This document shows, one piece after another, positions 1 through 11,135 of a stretch of DNA of 64,000 bases (the first letter of the stretch is position 1; the number at the start of each line of letters is the position of its first letter). Source of the DNA: Candidatus Latescibacterota bacterium (GTDB lineage Bacteria; Latescibacterota; UBA2968; UBA8231); NCBI GenBank assembly GCA_965208105.1, contig OZ242318.1, positions 4,416,001 through 4,480,000 of the forward strand, written 5' to 3'. The notes beneath the pieces were generated by a model that had not been told where the DNA came from, ran no database searches, and saw nothing but the letters and a program-made list of their open reading frames with translations. A program made the position numbers and the translations under genes.

Positions 1-1
1 C

Positions 2-607
2 ATCGAGGAGGATGCTCCGCTTGTTCCGGTCAATCCCTACGGCCGCTCGAAATGGATGAGCGAAGAGGTTCTGCGCGACCTCCATCGGGCCGATGAAAGT
101 TGGGAGATCACTCTTCTGAGATACTTCAATCCCATAGGGGCCCATCCCAGCGGACAGATCGGAGAAGACCCCGCCGGCGTGCCCAACAACCTCCTACCCT
201 ACATCGCCCAGGTGACCGCCGGCCGGCTTTCCGAGCTCGCCGTATTCGGCGCCGACTGGCCCACCCCCGACGGCACCGGCATCCGCGACTACATCCACGT
301 GGTCGATCTCGCCCGCGGCCACCTGAAGGCCCTGGAGGCTCTCTCCTCCAATCCAGGAGTCCGCGCCTACAACCTGGGCACCGGACGCGGCTACAGTGTT
401 CTGGAAGTGATATCAGCCTTCGAGAAGGCCAGCGGAAGGAAGGTGCCCTACCGGATCGTGGAGCGCCGACCGGGCGACATCGCCGTCAGCTATGCCGGGG
501 TATCGCGGGCGAGGGAGGAGCTTGGCTGGGCGGCGTTGCACGACATGGACGCCATGTGCGCCGACACCTGGCGCTGGCAATCAGGGAATCCCCGCGGGTA
601 CGATTAG
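2..607 (+). CDS. galE: UDP-glucose 4-epimerase, C-terminal part (5' truncated by window edge)
   Basis: NPYGRSK (YxxxK), [36 protein letters not shown] motifs; frame is open from base 2. Confidence 0.95.
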   Translation: MEEDAPLVPVNPYGRSKWMSEEVLRDLHRADESWEITLLRYFNPIGAHPSGQIGEDPAGVPNNLLPYIAQVTAGRLSELAVFGADWPTPDGTGIRDYIHVVDLARGHLKALEALSSNPGVRAYNLGTGRGYSVLEVISAFEKASGRKVPYRIVERRPGDIAVSYAGVSRAREELGWAALHDMDAMCADTWRWQSGNPRGYD

Positions 608-628
608 GCCTCAGACATCCACCCAGCT

Positions 629-1048
629 TCAGGATTGTTCCAGCTCCACCCCGGGCCACTGGTCTGTGCTGGAGGTGACGTCGACGGTGATGCCGTCGGG
701 GTCCTCCACCTTGAATGCGCCCTGGCGGAGATTGTCGGGATCGAGGGGGGACTTGCCGCTCAGGCCGTCGGAGAAGATTTCGAAGCCCATGTCGCGCAGG
801 CGCCGGGCGGCCTCCTCCAGGTCGGCTACGCGGACGCCGATGTGGAGGTAGTCCAGCATGCCGCTGACGTGACCTGGCCGCTCCGGGCCGCTGTGCTGGA
901 AGACGCGGAAGTTGTGGAGGCCGTCGGTGAGATCGAAGCAGGTCCCCTGCCTGGCGGCCACCTGCAGTCCCAGGCCGTCGCGCCAGAAGCGAATGGTCTT
1001 GTCCAGGTCGGTGGCCCGGACGCCGATGTGAACCAGGGTGCTGGACAT
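629..1048 (-). CDS. VOC/glyoxalase family protein
   Basis: Two HIGVR beta-alpha-beta modules, DPDG near the C-terminus. Confidence 0.85.
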   Translation of the reverse strand: MSSTLVHIGVRATDLDKTIRFWRDGLGLQVAARQGTCFDLTDGLHNFRVFQHSGPERPGHVSGMLDYLHIGVRVADLEEAARRLRDMGFEIFSDGLSGKSPLDPDNLRQGAFKVEDPDGITVDVTSSTDQWPGVELEQS

Positions 1049-1165
1049 GTCGATTATCTCCCGTGAGTGCCAATAGGAAGTGCGGTGCGGTGATGGTTTT
1101 CTGCGCCACCCGGGTGCGGCGGCTCGAATTCCGGGGCCTGAAAGTAGGGCCGCCGCGGCCGCATG

Positions 1166-4100
1166 TCAATCGCGGCAGAAGGCCTGGGCGTTCTGGAACA
1201 GCCGCAGCCAGGGGCTGTCCTCCCCGCTCCAATCTTCGGGCTTCCAGGAGAGCTGGACGTTGCGGAAGACGCGCTCGGGATGGGGCATCATGATGGTGGC
1301 GCGGCCGTCGCTGCTGGTCAGGGAGGTGATGCCCCGCGGCGAGCCGTTGGGGTTGCAAGGGTAGCGCTCGGTGGGCGCGCCGTGGTTGTCCACGAAGCGC
1401 ATGCAGACCTGTCCCTCCGCCATGGCGCGGGACATGGCTTGCGAATCGGCGAAGGCGGCGCGGCCCTCGCCGTGGGCGCAGGCGATCCCCAGGCGCGAGC
1501 CGGCCATCCCGCGGAAGAGGATGGAGCGGCTTTCGAGAATTTCCACCGTGGCCAGGCGCGCTTCGAACTGCTCCGAGCGGTTGTGCAGGAAGGATGGCCA
1601 GAGCTCTGCGCCGGGTATCAGCTCGCGGAGGTGGGAGAGCATCTGGCAGCCGTTGCACACTCCCAGGGTGAAGGTATCGGGGCGCGCGAAGAAGGCGGCG
1701 AAGCTGGAGCGCATGTCCTGGTTGAAGAGGATGGAGCGGGCCCAGCCGGCGCCGGCGCCGAGGACGTCGCCGTAGCTGAATCCGCCGCAGGCCACCAGTC
1801 CCTGGAAGTCGTCGAGGCGGGCACGGCCAGCCTGCAGGTCGGTCATGGTTACGTCCACCGCGCCGAAGCCGGCCGCGTCGAAGGCGGCGGCCATTTCCAC
1901 CTGGCCGTTGATGCCCTGCTCGCGCAGGATGGCCACCCGCGGCCGCGGACCGCCGTTGCGGGCGGGGAGGACGCCCCCCGTGGCTCTGAACTGCAGGCCG
2001 GGGTCGGCGCCGTCGGCGATGGCCTCGTACTCCTCCCGGGCGCAGTCCGGGTTGTCACGGTGGGCCTGCATGAGGAAGGTGAGCTCGGACCAGGCCTGCT
2101 GCAGGGCGGCGACGGAGTCTCTGTAAATGCAATTATTTCCCTGATGGATCTGCAGCTGGCCCGAGTCGTCGGGCTGACCAAGAGGATGGAAGATTTCCAG
2201 AAGGGAATACTCGCCCAATACTTCTCTGACCTCCGTCTCCCGTTCCTCATCGTACTGGATCACCGCCCCGGCCTCCTCGGAGAACAGGACCGCCAGCGGA
2301 TCGCCGCCGAGAGAAGTGATGTCGAGAGCGAGGCCGCTGCGGCTGGCGAAGGCCATCTCCGCCACGGTGACGAAGAGGCCGCCGTCGGAGCGGTCGTGGT
2401 AGGCCAGCAGCAGGCCGCTTCCGATCATCTCCTGGACGGCGTGGTAGAAGCGCCCCAGGTCGCCGGGGTCGATGTCAGGGGCGGCGTCGCCCAGCTTGCC
2501 GTATACCTGCGCCAGGGCCGATGCGCCCAGGCGGTTGCGGCCGCCGCCCAGGTCGATGAGCGCCAGCCTGGCGCCCGGGGTTTTCTTGAGCTCCGGCGTC
2601 AAGGTGCGGCGGATGTCCAGCACCGGGGCGAAAGCCGAGATCACCAGGCTGAGGGGGGCGGTCACCTTGCGGGACTCGCCGCCGCGGCCGCGCCACAGGG
2701 TGCGCATGGAGAGACTGTCCTTGCCCACGGGTATGGCCACCCCCAGGGCGGGGCAGAACTCCATTCCCAGGGCGCGCACCGTGTCGAAGAGCCGGGCGTC
2801 CTCGCCCTCCTCGCCGCAGGCGCACATCCAGTTGGCCGCCAGCTTTACGCGGCCTATGGGGCCGATGGACGCCGCGGCGATGTTGGCGATGGCCTCGGCC
2901 ACCGCCATGCGCCCGGCGGCGGGGGAGTCGATCAGGGCCAGCGGGGCGCGCTCGCCCATGGCCATGGCCGATCCCCGGTAGCCCTTGAAGGAGGCTGCGG
3001 TGACGGCGGCGTCGGCGACGGGCACCTGGTAGGGGCCGACCATCTGGTCGCGGGCGACGAGGCCGGTGACGCTGCGGTCGGCGATGGTGACCAGGAAGGT
3101 CTTGGCGGCCACCGCGGGAAAGCGCAGCACGCGGGCGGCAGCCTCCGGAATGGAAACGCCGGAAAGGTCGAGGGGCGCCAGCTTCTCGCCGCCGCGGCGG
3201 ACGTCGCGCTCCATTCTGGGAGGCTTGCCCAGAATGATCTCCAGGTCGAGGCCGTCGATGGGCACCTCGGCGCCGAGCGGGTCGCGCAGGGTGAGCTTGC
3301 CGTCGCCGCTGATCTCGCCGATCACCGCGAACAGGCAGCGCTCGCGCTCCGCCAGGGCGGCGAAGCGCCGGAGGTCGGCGCGGCCGATTACCAGGACGTA
3401 GCGCTCCTGGGCTTCGTTGCTCCAGATCTGCATGGGGCTCATGCCGGGATCGTCGTTGTGGACGGCGCGCAGGTCGAAGCAGGCGCCGCTCTTCTCCACC
3501 AGCTCGGGGCAGGCGTTGGAGAGCCCTCCGGCGCCGACGTCGTGGATGCTGCGGATGGGGTTGTCGCGTCCCAGGGAGATGCAGCGGTCGATCAGGTCCT
3601 GGCAGCGGCGCTGCATCTCCGGGTTGTCGCGCTGCACCGAGGCGAAGTCCAGGTCCTCCGCGTTGCTGCCGCTGTCCATGCTGGAGGCGGCTCCCCCTCC
3701 CAGGCCGATGAGCATGGCCGGCCCCCCCAACTGGATCACGTAGTCCCCCTGGCGCAGCTCCTTCTTTTCCACGTGCCCGGCGTCGATGAGGCCGACCCCG
3801 CCGGCCACCATGATGGGCTTGTGATATCCGCGGTGGCGCCCGTCCACCACCCCCTCGAAGGTGCGGAAGAGGCCGCAGATGTTGGGACGCCCGAACTCGT
3901 TGCCGAAGGCCGCCGCGCCGATGGGCGCCTCGGTCATGATCTCCAGGGGAGTGGCCAGTCGGGAGGGAAACTCGCTGCGCTCCTCTTCCCACGGCTGGAT
4001 GCAGCCGGGGATGTGGAGGTGGGAGGTGAAGTAGGCGCAGAGGCCGGCCTGGGATCGTGCGCCGGTTCCGGTGGATCCCTCGTCGCGGATCTCGCCGCCG

Positions 4101-5026
4101 ACCCCGGTGGAGGCTCCGGGGTAAGGCGAGATGGCGGTGGGGTGGTTGTGGGTTTCGACCTTGAGCACGATGTGGGAGAGTTTGTCGCTGAAGCGGTAGC
4201 GATGGTCCTCCGCCTCGAGCGGCTGAAAGCGGGCCACCCTGAAGCCCTCGATTACACCGGCGTTGTCGGCATAGGCCTTGACGCAGCCTCCGGGATTGCG
4301 CGCGTGGGTATTGCGGATCATCTCGAAGAGGGAGCGTTCCTGGCGGCGGCCGTCGATGCGCCAGGCGGCGTTGAAGATCTTGTGGCGGCAGTGCTCGGAG
4401 TTGACCACCGCGAACATCATCAGCTCCACGTCGGTCGGGTCGCGCCCGAGCCTCCGGAAGACCTGGTGGAAATAGTCCATTTCCTCCGGAGAAAGGGCCA
4501 GGCCCATGGCGGCATCGGCCGCTTCCAGGGCCCCGCGCCCGCGCTCGAGCAGGGCGATGCGCTCCAGTGGCCGGGGCGCCACGTCGCGGAAGAGAACCTC
4601 GGGGTCCTCCACCACCGCTTCGGTCATGCGGTCGTGGACCAGGGGCAACAGGGGCTCGAGGTCGTGCATGGAGAGGCTTCCTGCGGTCTCGAAGCGGTAG
4701 GCGGTGCCGCGCTCGATGCGCACCACCGCGTCCATGCCGCAGTGGTGCAGAATGTTGGTGGCCTTGCTGGACCAGGGCGAGATGGTCCCGGGGCGCGGAC
4801 AGACCAGCACCGCGGCGCTCCCGTCAGCCGGTGCGGCGCTGCGCGCCTGGAGAATCTGTTCCAGGCGTGCATGCCCACCCGGGTCAAGCGCCCGTTTCAG
4901 ATGGACGAGATACAGGTGGATGGCGCTGAGGCCGGAGAGCCGGGGCAGGACGCCGCGGCAGCGCTGGAGCAGGGCGGCGCGGCGAAAGTCGGAAAGGGCG
5001 GGGGGGCCTTCGAAGATGAGCAGCAT
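1166..5026 (-). CDS. purL: Phosphoribosylformylglycinamidine synthase (large single-chain type)
   Basis: NSEHCRHKIFN, KVETHNHPT, HDVGAGG, GVCNGCQ, MMPHPER; 1286 aa. Confidence 0.98.
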   Translation of the reverse strand: MLLIFEGPPALSDFRRAALLQRCRGVLPRLSGLSAIHLYLVHLKRALDPGGHARLEQILQARSAAPADGSAAVLVCPRPGTISPWSSKATNILHHCGMDAVVRIERGTAYRFETAGSLSMHDLEPLLPLVHDRMTEAVVEDPEVLFRDVAPRPLERIALLERGRGALEAADAAMGLALSPEEMDYFHQVFRRLGRDPTDVELMMFAVVNSEHCRHKIFNAAWRIDGRRQERSLFEMIRNTHARNPGGCVKAYADNAGVIEGFRVARFQPLEAEDHRYRFSDKLSHIVLKVETHNHPTAISPYPGASTGVGGEIRDEGSTGTGARSQAGLCAYFTSHLHIPGCIQPWEEERSEFPSRLATPLEIMTEAPIGAAAFGNEFGRPNICGLFRTFEGVVDGRHRGYHKPIMVAGGVGLIDAGHVEKKELRQGDYVIQLGGPAMLIGLGGGAASSMDSGSNAEDLDFASVQRDNPEMQRRCQDLIDRCISLGRDNPIRSIHDVGAGGLSNACPELVEKSGACFDLRAVHNDDPGMSPMQIWSNEAQERYVLVIGRADLRRFAALAERERCLFAVIGEISGDGKLTLRDPLGAEVPIDGLDLEIILGKPPRMERDVRRGGEKLAPLDLSGVSIPEAAARVLRFPAVAAKTFLVTIADRSVTGLVARDQMVGPYQVPVADAAVTAASFKGYRGSAMAMGERAPLALIDSPAAGRMAVAEAIANIAAASIGPIGRVKLAANWMCACGEEGEDARLFDTVRALGMEFCPALGVAIPVGKDSLSMRTLWRGRGGESRKVTAPLSLVISAFAPVLDIRRTLTPELKKTPGARLALIDLGGGRNRLGASALAQVYGKLGDAAPDIDPGDLGRFYHAVQEMIGSGLLLAYHDRSDGGLFVTVAEMAFASRSGLALDITSLGGDPLAVLFSEEAGAVIQYDEERETEVREVLGEYSLLEIFHPLGQPDDSGQLQIHQGNNCIYRDSVAALQQAWSELTFLMQAHRDNPDCAREEYEAIADGADPGLQFRATGGVLPARNGGPRPRVAILREQGINGQVEMAAAFDAAGFGAVDVTMTDLQAGRARLDDFQGLVACGGFSYGDVLGAGAGWARSILFNQDMRSSFAAFFARPDTFTLGVCNGCQMLSHLRELIPGAELWPSFLHNRSEQFEARLATVEILESRSILFRGMAGSRLGIACAHGEGRAAFADSQAMSRAMAEGQVCMRFVDNHGAPTERYPCNPNGSPRGITSLTSSDGRATIMMPHPERVFRNVQLSWKPEDWSGEDSPWLRLFQNAQAFCRD

Positions 5027-5537
5027 GTGTCCGCGATCGCAGGAAAAGGAGGAGATTCAAAACTATCAGATTGGAGATCGGCTCTCAAGCTTTTGGGGAT
5101 TTAATAAATCAATGCTGTGGATTAGCCCAGACAATGAATGCCCCGCCTGCCTCGACGAGGGGAAGGAAATTCGGGGTTGGTTACTTACGTACATAAATCA
5201 AATCATCAATTACTTAAATCCGTTTCAGGGGAGGTGTCCTCTCAAGGCTCGATAAAGAAAAACCGATGAGGAGGGATCCGCTGATGAACGGATATTTCTG
5301 CGCTATAGCGGGTGGGCTCATTGCAGTGAGTATTCCTTTGACGGCAACAGGAGCCATGGCCGCAGCCAGCCCAATGTTCCCTGCTCCAGATCAACATCGC
5401 AGTATATCCCCTTTCGTGCCACAGATGGTTGGCAATTTTTGGCAATTCCGGGAGGAATGAAGTCTCAAGCTTTTACCTGAGTCCCAGGCCACTAAGTCCT
5501 GCATAAACTGAACATAGAAAAACTGTGGAGGATCCAC

Positions 5538-8500
5538 ATGAATTCCATCGTCTTCCCTATTCGCTTTTTTATTTCGCTCGGTCTATTGCTTTCTCTCCAT
5601 GCGGTTGGATACGCATCTCCCTCGCCTGTTGATAGCACCCGCTTCTGCCATCCGCTCCAATTAGAGGAGGGGGAGCGCGTCCGCAAGGCCGCCAAGCCGG
5701 TGACGGATTTAAGCGTGGGCGAGCCGCGCACGGTGCGAATGATCTATTTCGCGCCCAACGACAGGCCGTTCCGTGTCGAGGTCGACGAGAGGATGAAGAG
5801 GATCATCCGACGGGTTCAGGCTTTTTATTCCCAGCAGATGCAGGCTCACGGAAATGAGGACATGACCTTCCGCTTTGAAACCGATGCCGATGGCCAGCCA
5901 ATCGTCCACCGCCTGCAAGGCCTACATCCCGACAACCACTATCTCAACGATCCACATTCGACAGTGTTTGGCGAGATCGAACAAGTGTATGATACCTTTG
6001 CCAATATTTACGTCGCCTACATGACATCAGTCGCGCTGTGATCCCACAAGGAGGTAGTTTGGGCAAAACTGGAGGGCAAGCATCGGATGGAGGGGATTTT
6101 ACCTGGGATACGGTTGCCCATGAACTCGGACACGCCTTCGGTCTGGCGCACGACTTTCGCGACAATGCCTACATCATGTCGTATGGGTCGCCTGGTAATA
6201 CCCTGTCGGCGTGCGCTGCCGAATTTCTGTCCGTGCACCCTTATTTCAATCCCCAGGTCTCAACTGAGGTTGGGCAAGGACCAACCGTCGAGTTTCTTTC
6301 AACACCTGAGTATCCGGCTGGCGCTACGAGCTTCTCAGTCCAGTTCAAGGTCAGTGATCCAGACGGCCTGCACCAAATTCTGGTGTTCACTACCACCCAT
6401 GACCTTCACCTTGCAGCCGGGTTTTCCGAATTGAAAGCGTGTCGTGGATTGGAGGGACAGAAGGAGGCGATCGTCGATCTCGATTTTGAGGACGATGCGG
6501 CCACTTTTTTCTTCTCCTACGTCTTTCGTCCGATTCAAGTGGAGGTCATCGATACGGACGGAAACGTCAGGCGCGCTTCCTTTGACCTTGTGGAGATCCC
6601 GCAGAACCAGGTCGCCAAGCTCGAGGGGCATGTGAACGAGGTTGGGTCCATGTCGTTTTCCCGCGATGGAACATCTCTTGCCACCGGGTCGCTTGACGGT
6701 ACGGTCAAGTTGTGGGATGTCGAGACGGGAACAGATACTGCCACCTTTTCGGGGGCCCATCCTGTTGCGCTATCTTCCGATGGAACGACTCTTGCTTCCG
6801 TCAGCTCAGGATCGGATGTAACGCTGTGGGACGTTGGCAGGCGGCAGTCCATCGCCACACTGGCGGGGCATTCTGGGGTGGTCACCTCGCTCTCCTTTTC
6901 TCCCGACGGCAGAACCCTCGCTTCCGGGTCAGAGGATAATTCGATAAGGCTTTGGGACGTTGGCAGGCGACAGTCCATCGCCACGCTGGAAGGGCATACA
7001 GGATTGGTCACTTCCCTCTCCTTTTCCCCTGACGGCGGAACCCTGGCCTCCGGGTCGTATGATCGGACCGTCAAACTCTGGGATGTAGCCGCCCGCCGGA
7101 CTATCGCCACGCTCGAGGGTCATAGGGATTGGGTCAGCTCGGTATCGTTTTCTCCGGATGGAAGAACTCTCGCCTCCGGTTCATTGGATAGGTCGGTCAA
7201 GCTGTGGGACGTGGCCACCCGGCAACCGAGCTCCTCCTTCGAAGGTCATGCGGATGTAGTCACCGCGCTGGCGATTTCCCCCGACGGGTCTTCCGTCGCA
7301 TCCGGGTCAGGCGATAGAACGGCCAAAATTTGGGACATTCATACGAAGGAGATTCACGTCGAATTCGGCCATACGGCTCCGGTTTCGTCGCTGGCGTTTT
7401 CAGGCGATGGCACGACCCTGGCATCGGGAACCAGGGGAGGAATCGTCAGGGTTTGGAACGTCTCCGAGTGGACGGGCCCCCGTCCCCAAATGATAGTGAA
7501 AATCTCGGGAGACAATCAGCAGGGCACACCCGGTGAACCGTTGGATAATCCCTTCGTCGTTGAAGTGAGAGATCAGAACGGCAATCCGCTAAATGGTGCC
7601 GAGGTTACATTCAGGGTCACCGCGGGTGACGGGCTGATCGGTGCCAGGTTTGCCGTGGAGAAGGCTACGACAGATGCCGATGAAGCATTGAAAGAATCCT
7701 AACTCTTAGCTCCATCCCGGGACCAAACACGGTTGAGGTATCCGTCGCAGGGCTGGAGCATCTGGTTTTCAACTCTGTGGGGGTTGGGACCCCTTCCGTG
7801 TCGGTCCCGGAGGGGAACTATCCCACATGGCATCTGCCCGAGGCCGCCATCATCCGGCTGGCAAGAGGAAGAGTCGGCCACAGCCACAGGGCGGTTGCCT
7901 ACTCACCTGACGGGAAAATCTTCGCCGTGGCGAGTGGTGTCGGCCTGTGGCTGTACGATGCGGTGACATTGGATGAACTCTCGCTGCTGCCAATGGAATT
8001 GGTCAATTCGGTGTCCTTTTCTCCAGACGGCACAACTCTGGCCTTGGGGTCGGGTGGCGGGAGTGGTGGTGGTGGGCTCACCCTGTGGGACTTGGCGACA
8101 GGTAGCCTCAAAGCCACCCTTGGGGCAAGAGCCAGAGTAAAATACGTGTCCATTTCCCCCGATGGGAAGATTCTTGCCTCTGGCACCAGTATCTCGCGGA
8201 TCGAATTGTGGGATGTGGGAACCGAGACGCACATCACCACCCTAAGGGGACAGACATCCCCGGGGACGTCGGTGTCCTTTTCTCCCGATGGGAGAACCCT
8301 TGCCTCAGGGGAAGAGGACGGCACGGTCAGGCTGTGGGACATTGAGACGCACGCCAATATTGCCACCCTTGAAGGTCATAGCAGGAATGTTGAATCAGTG
8401 TCTTTTTCTCCCGACGGGACCACCGTTGCCTCCGCGTCCTCTGATGGCACGATCAGGCTGTGGGACCTTGAGACGCGCACCACCATCGCGATTCTTGATC

Positions 8501-10192
8501 ATGGGCATTCGGTTATTGCGTTATCCTTTTCTCCGGATGGCAGGGTTCTCGCTTCCGGGGATGCGGATGGATATGTCAATCTTTGGCAAGTGGAGACAAG
8601 AGAAAAAATCGCAACGCTTACAGGCCACAGGCGGGCTGTCAGCGCGGTGTTGTTTTCTCCCGATGGGGAATCCATCGCTTCCGGGTCTTATGCCGGAGGT
8701 GTCAGGGTCTGGGACGTGGCGACCGGCAACACCACCGCTATGTTTGAAGGCCATAAGTACCCAATTTCCTCCCTATCGTTTTCCCCGGACGGGGCTACCC
8801 TGATTTCCGGGACCGGGCAGCCCGGGGATTACCAGATAAAAAAGTGGGACCTGGACACAGGTACCGAGATTGGCACTCTTGAGGGAGATATCATCGAGGC
8901 CCTTTCCTTTTCACCCGACGGAACCATGTTCGCCACCGGTTCTCAGGATAATAAGGTCAGGTTGGTGGACCTAGCGACCGGGGCCAATTTAGCCATCTTG
9001 AAAGGGCATGGGCACTTCATCAGCGAGGTGTTGTTTTCGCCCGATGGTTCCCTTCTTGCCTCCGCGTCGCATGATGGCTCCATCCTGCTTTGGGATATGC
9101 GGCTCGCTCTCCCCCATCCGCGGACCCTGACGAAGATCGCGGGCGACAATCAGCAAGGACCAGCGGGAAGCCAATTGACCAGTCCTATAGTGGTCTCCGG
9201 TGCTTGACCAGAATGGCTCTCCATTTGATGGGGCGGAGGTCACCTTCGCCGTAACTGCAGGCGATGGGAGCCTGTCCGTAGGGACGGCTTTGTCGGCCTG
9301 GCGCGGCCGCGCCTCCACCACCCTGACTTTGGGACGCACGCCGGGGATCAACACAGTAACTGCAACGGTTGGTGATCTCGATCCGGTGACTTTCACCGCT
9401 GTAGGGATAGCCATTCCCCAGGCATTTACAAAGTTTTCCGGCGAGGGGCAGCAGGGCCCAGCAGGAGTTTCGTTGACCGAGCCCTTCGTGGTCGAGGTCA
9501 GGGATCAGAACGGGAACCCCCTGGCGAGTGCCCAGGTCACCTTCGCCGTCGCCTCGGGAGGTGGGACTCTTTCCACAACCACCGCCACCACCGATTCCAG
9601 CGGGCGCGCCTCAAGCACTCTGACCCTTGGGCGCGGTTCGGGGACCAATACCGTCGAAGTAACAGTGGCCGAGCTGGAGCCGGTTATCTTCAGTGCCCTC
9701 GCAGAAACTTCTACCGATTTCGACGGGGACGGGGTGACCAATTTCGCCGACTTCTTCCTCTTCGCCGACGCCTTCGGCGGCACCGACCCGCGCTTCGACC
9801 TGGACGGCAGCGGGGTGGTGGACTTCGGCGACTTCTTCATTTTCGCCGACGCCTTCGGCCAGCCGGCGCGGGCCAAGCTGCTGGCCCTGGCGGCGAAGCT
9901 GATCGGGCTTCCCGAAGGCCCGCAGCTTCAGCAGAACGCACCCAATCCCTTCAACAGCCAGACGGTGATCCCCTACTTCCTTCTTGCCCCCGGCCATGCG
10001 CGGCTGGAGGTGTATGCCCTGACCGGCCAGCGCGTGGCGGTATTGCATCAGGGCCCCCAGCCTGCGGGTCTGCACCGCATCCACTGGGACGGCCGCGGCG
10101 CGGAGGGGCGTCCCCTGGCCAGCGGCATCTACTTCTACCGGCTGGTGACGGCCGAGGAGGCTCTGACCCGCAAGCTCGTGCTGCTGCGCTAG
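5538..10192 (+). pseudogene. Large secreted metzincin-like + WD40 repeat + Ig-like + EF-hand/dockerin-like + FlgD-Ig protein, interrupted by three frameshifts (ORF pieces 5538-6041, 6038-7702, 7777-9207, 9200-10192)
   Basis: N-terminal signal peptide; HELGHAFGLAH zinc motif; many GH..V.SLSFSPDG..LASGS.D..VKLWD repeats; GDNQQG Ig repeats; DFDGDG..FADF; QNAPNPFN tail. The frame continues across single-base shifts at ~6022, ~7683 and ~9198. Confidence 0.85.
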
Positions 10193-10356
10193 TGTCCCGT
10201 CGCAGAGATATGTCGCCATTATTCCGCCGATCCATCCCGGCTCACGGCGTTGCCTTCACTCGCCGTACACCACTGGTACGACTCGCTCAGGCGCCTTGTG
10301 AGCCGGGCGCCTCGGCGGCCCAATTGCGTCAACCTATCTCTGCGACGGGACCCTAG
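10189..10356. mobile_element. MITE copy 1 (168 bp, CTAG-bounded terminal inverted repeats, internal long hairpin)
   Basis: CTAGTGTCCCGTCGCAGAGATA ... TATCTCTGCGACGGGACCCTAG (22-bp IR, 1 mismatch); near-identical inverted copy at 50554-50721. Confidence 0.85.
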
Positions 10357-10571
10357 GAGGTTCGTCAATCCCCATTGAGAGGGGAAACAGGCCGCCGTAG
10401 GGCCGCCTGGACTGCCGGACCGCCGAGTTGTAACCTATTAGGATTCTGGCTGGCACCCTTCCTGCCCCGAACCCCTCGCCGCATCCTGGAGGTCCTGGGG
10501 CAGAATCCGATCAGGCCGTGCGGGCCACTGTTCCAGCGAATCCGGGGTGGCGACACAGAGGGAGGAAATCG

Positions 10572-11003
10572 ATGAGCGCAAAGGATAGGTCCCAGGCGGG
10601 GAGCCGGGAGGTGGAGGAAGGAGGCAGGCTGCTGCTGGACTTCGACAAGCTCGGAAAGGTCGCCCGCTGCGGCGAAGACCTGGTGCCGGTGGCGGTGCAG
10701 GACGAGGTTAGCAAAGAGGTCCTTCTCGTGGCCTATGCCAACCAGGCCGCCCTGGAGCATACCCTTGAGCACAAGGTGGCTACCTTCTGGAGCACCTCGC
10801 GCAACGAACTCTGGGTCAAGGGCGCGACCTCCGGGGAATTCCTGGACCTGGTGGAAGTGCGGGTCAACTGCGAGCAGAATTCCCTCCTCTACCTGGTGAG
10901 GCTGCGCGGAGCCGGTGCCTGCCACACCAGGGGAGGGGACGGGAAGGCGAGGTTGGGCTGCTTCTACCGGAGGCTGGAGGGGGACGAACTGAAGCCATTG
11001 TAG
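10572..11003 (+). CDS. hisI: Phosphoribosyl-AMP cyclohydrolase
   Basis: FWSTSRNELWVKGATSG, VNCEQNSLL, GACHT, CFYR; GGAGG RBS at 10561. Confidence 0.93.
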   Translation: MSAKDRSQAGSREVEEGGRLLLDFDKLGKVARCGEDLVPVAVQDEVSKEVLLVAYANQAALEHTLEHKVATFWSTSRNELWVKGATSGEFLDLVEVRVNCEQNSLLYLVRLRGAGACHTRGGDGKARLGCFYRRLEGDELKPL

Positions 11004-11135
11004 GGCGCGGTCCGACAGCAAAGGTTCCGGTCCCTCGCCGATACGTCCTGCTCCGTGAGGATGCGCCAGCCTTCCGATATTCGCCGAACGGCCGCGCGGT
11101 CCTCGCCCTCGCCGGCCGGGGGAGCCGATGCCCGG

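Noticed and set aside
1163-5104. 1313-aa plus-strand ORF (and similar long ORFs at 11055-13496, 18730-21114, 30901-32493, 32668-34959)
   Set aside because: Antisense shadows of real GC-rich genes; no recognisable motifs.
5538-10192. Programmed frameshifting, phase variation or diversity-generating retroelement target
   Set aside because: No slippery heptamers or long homopolymers at the junctions, and no reverse transcriptase or TR/VR pair in the window.
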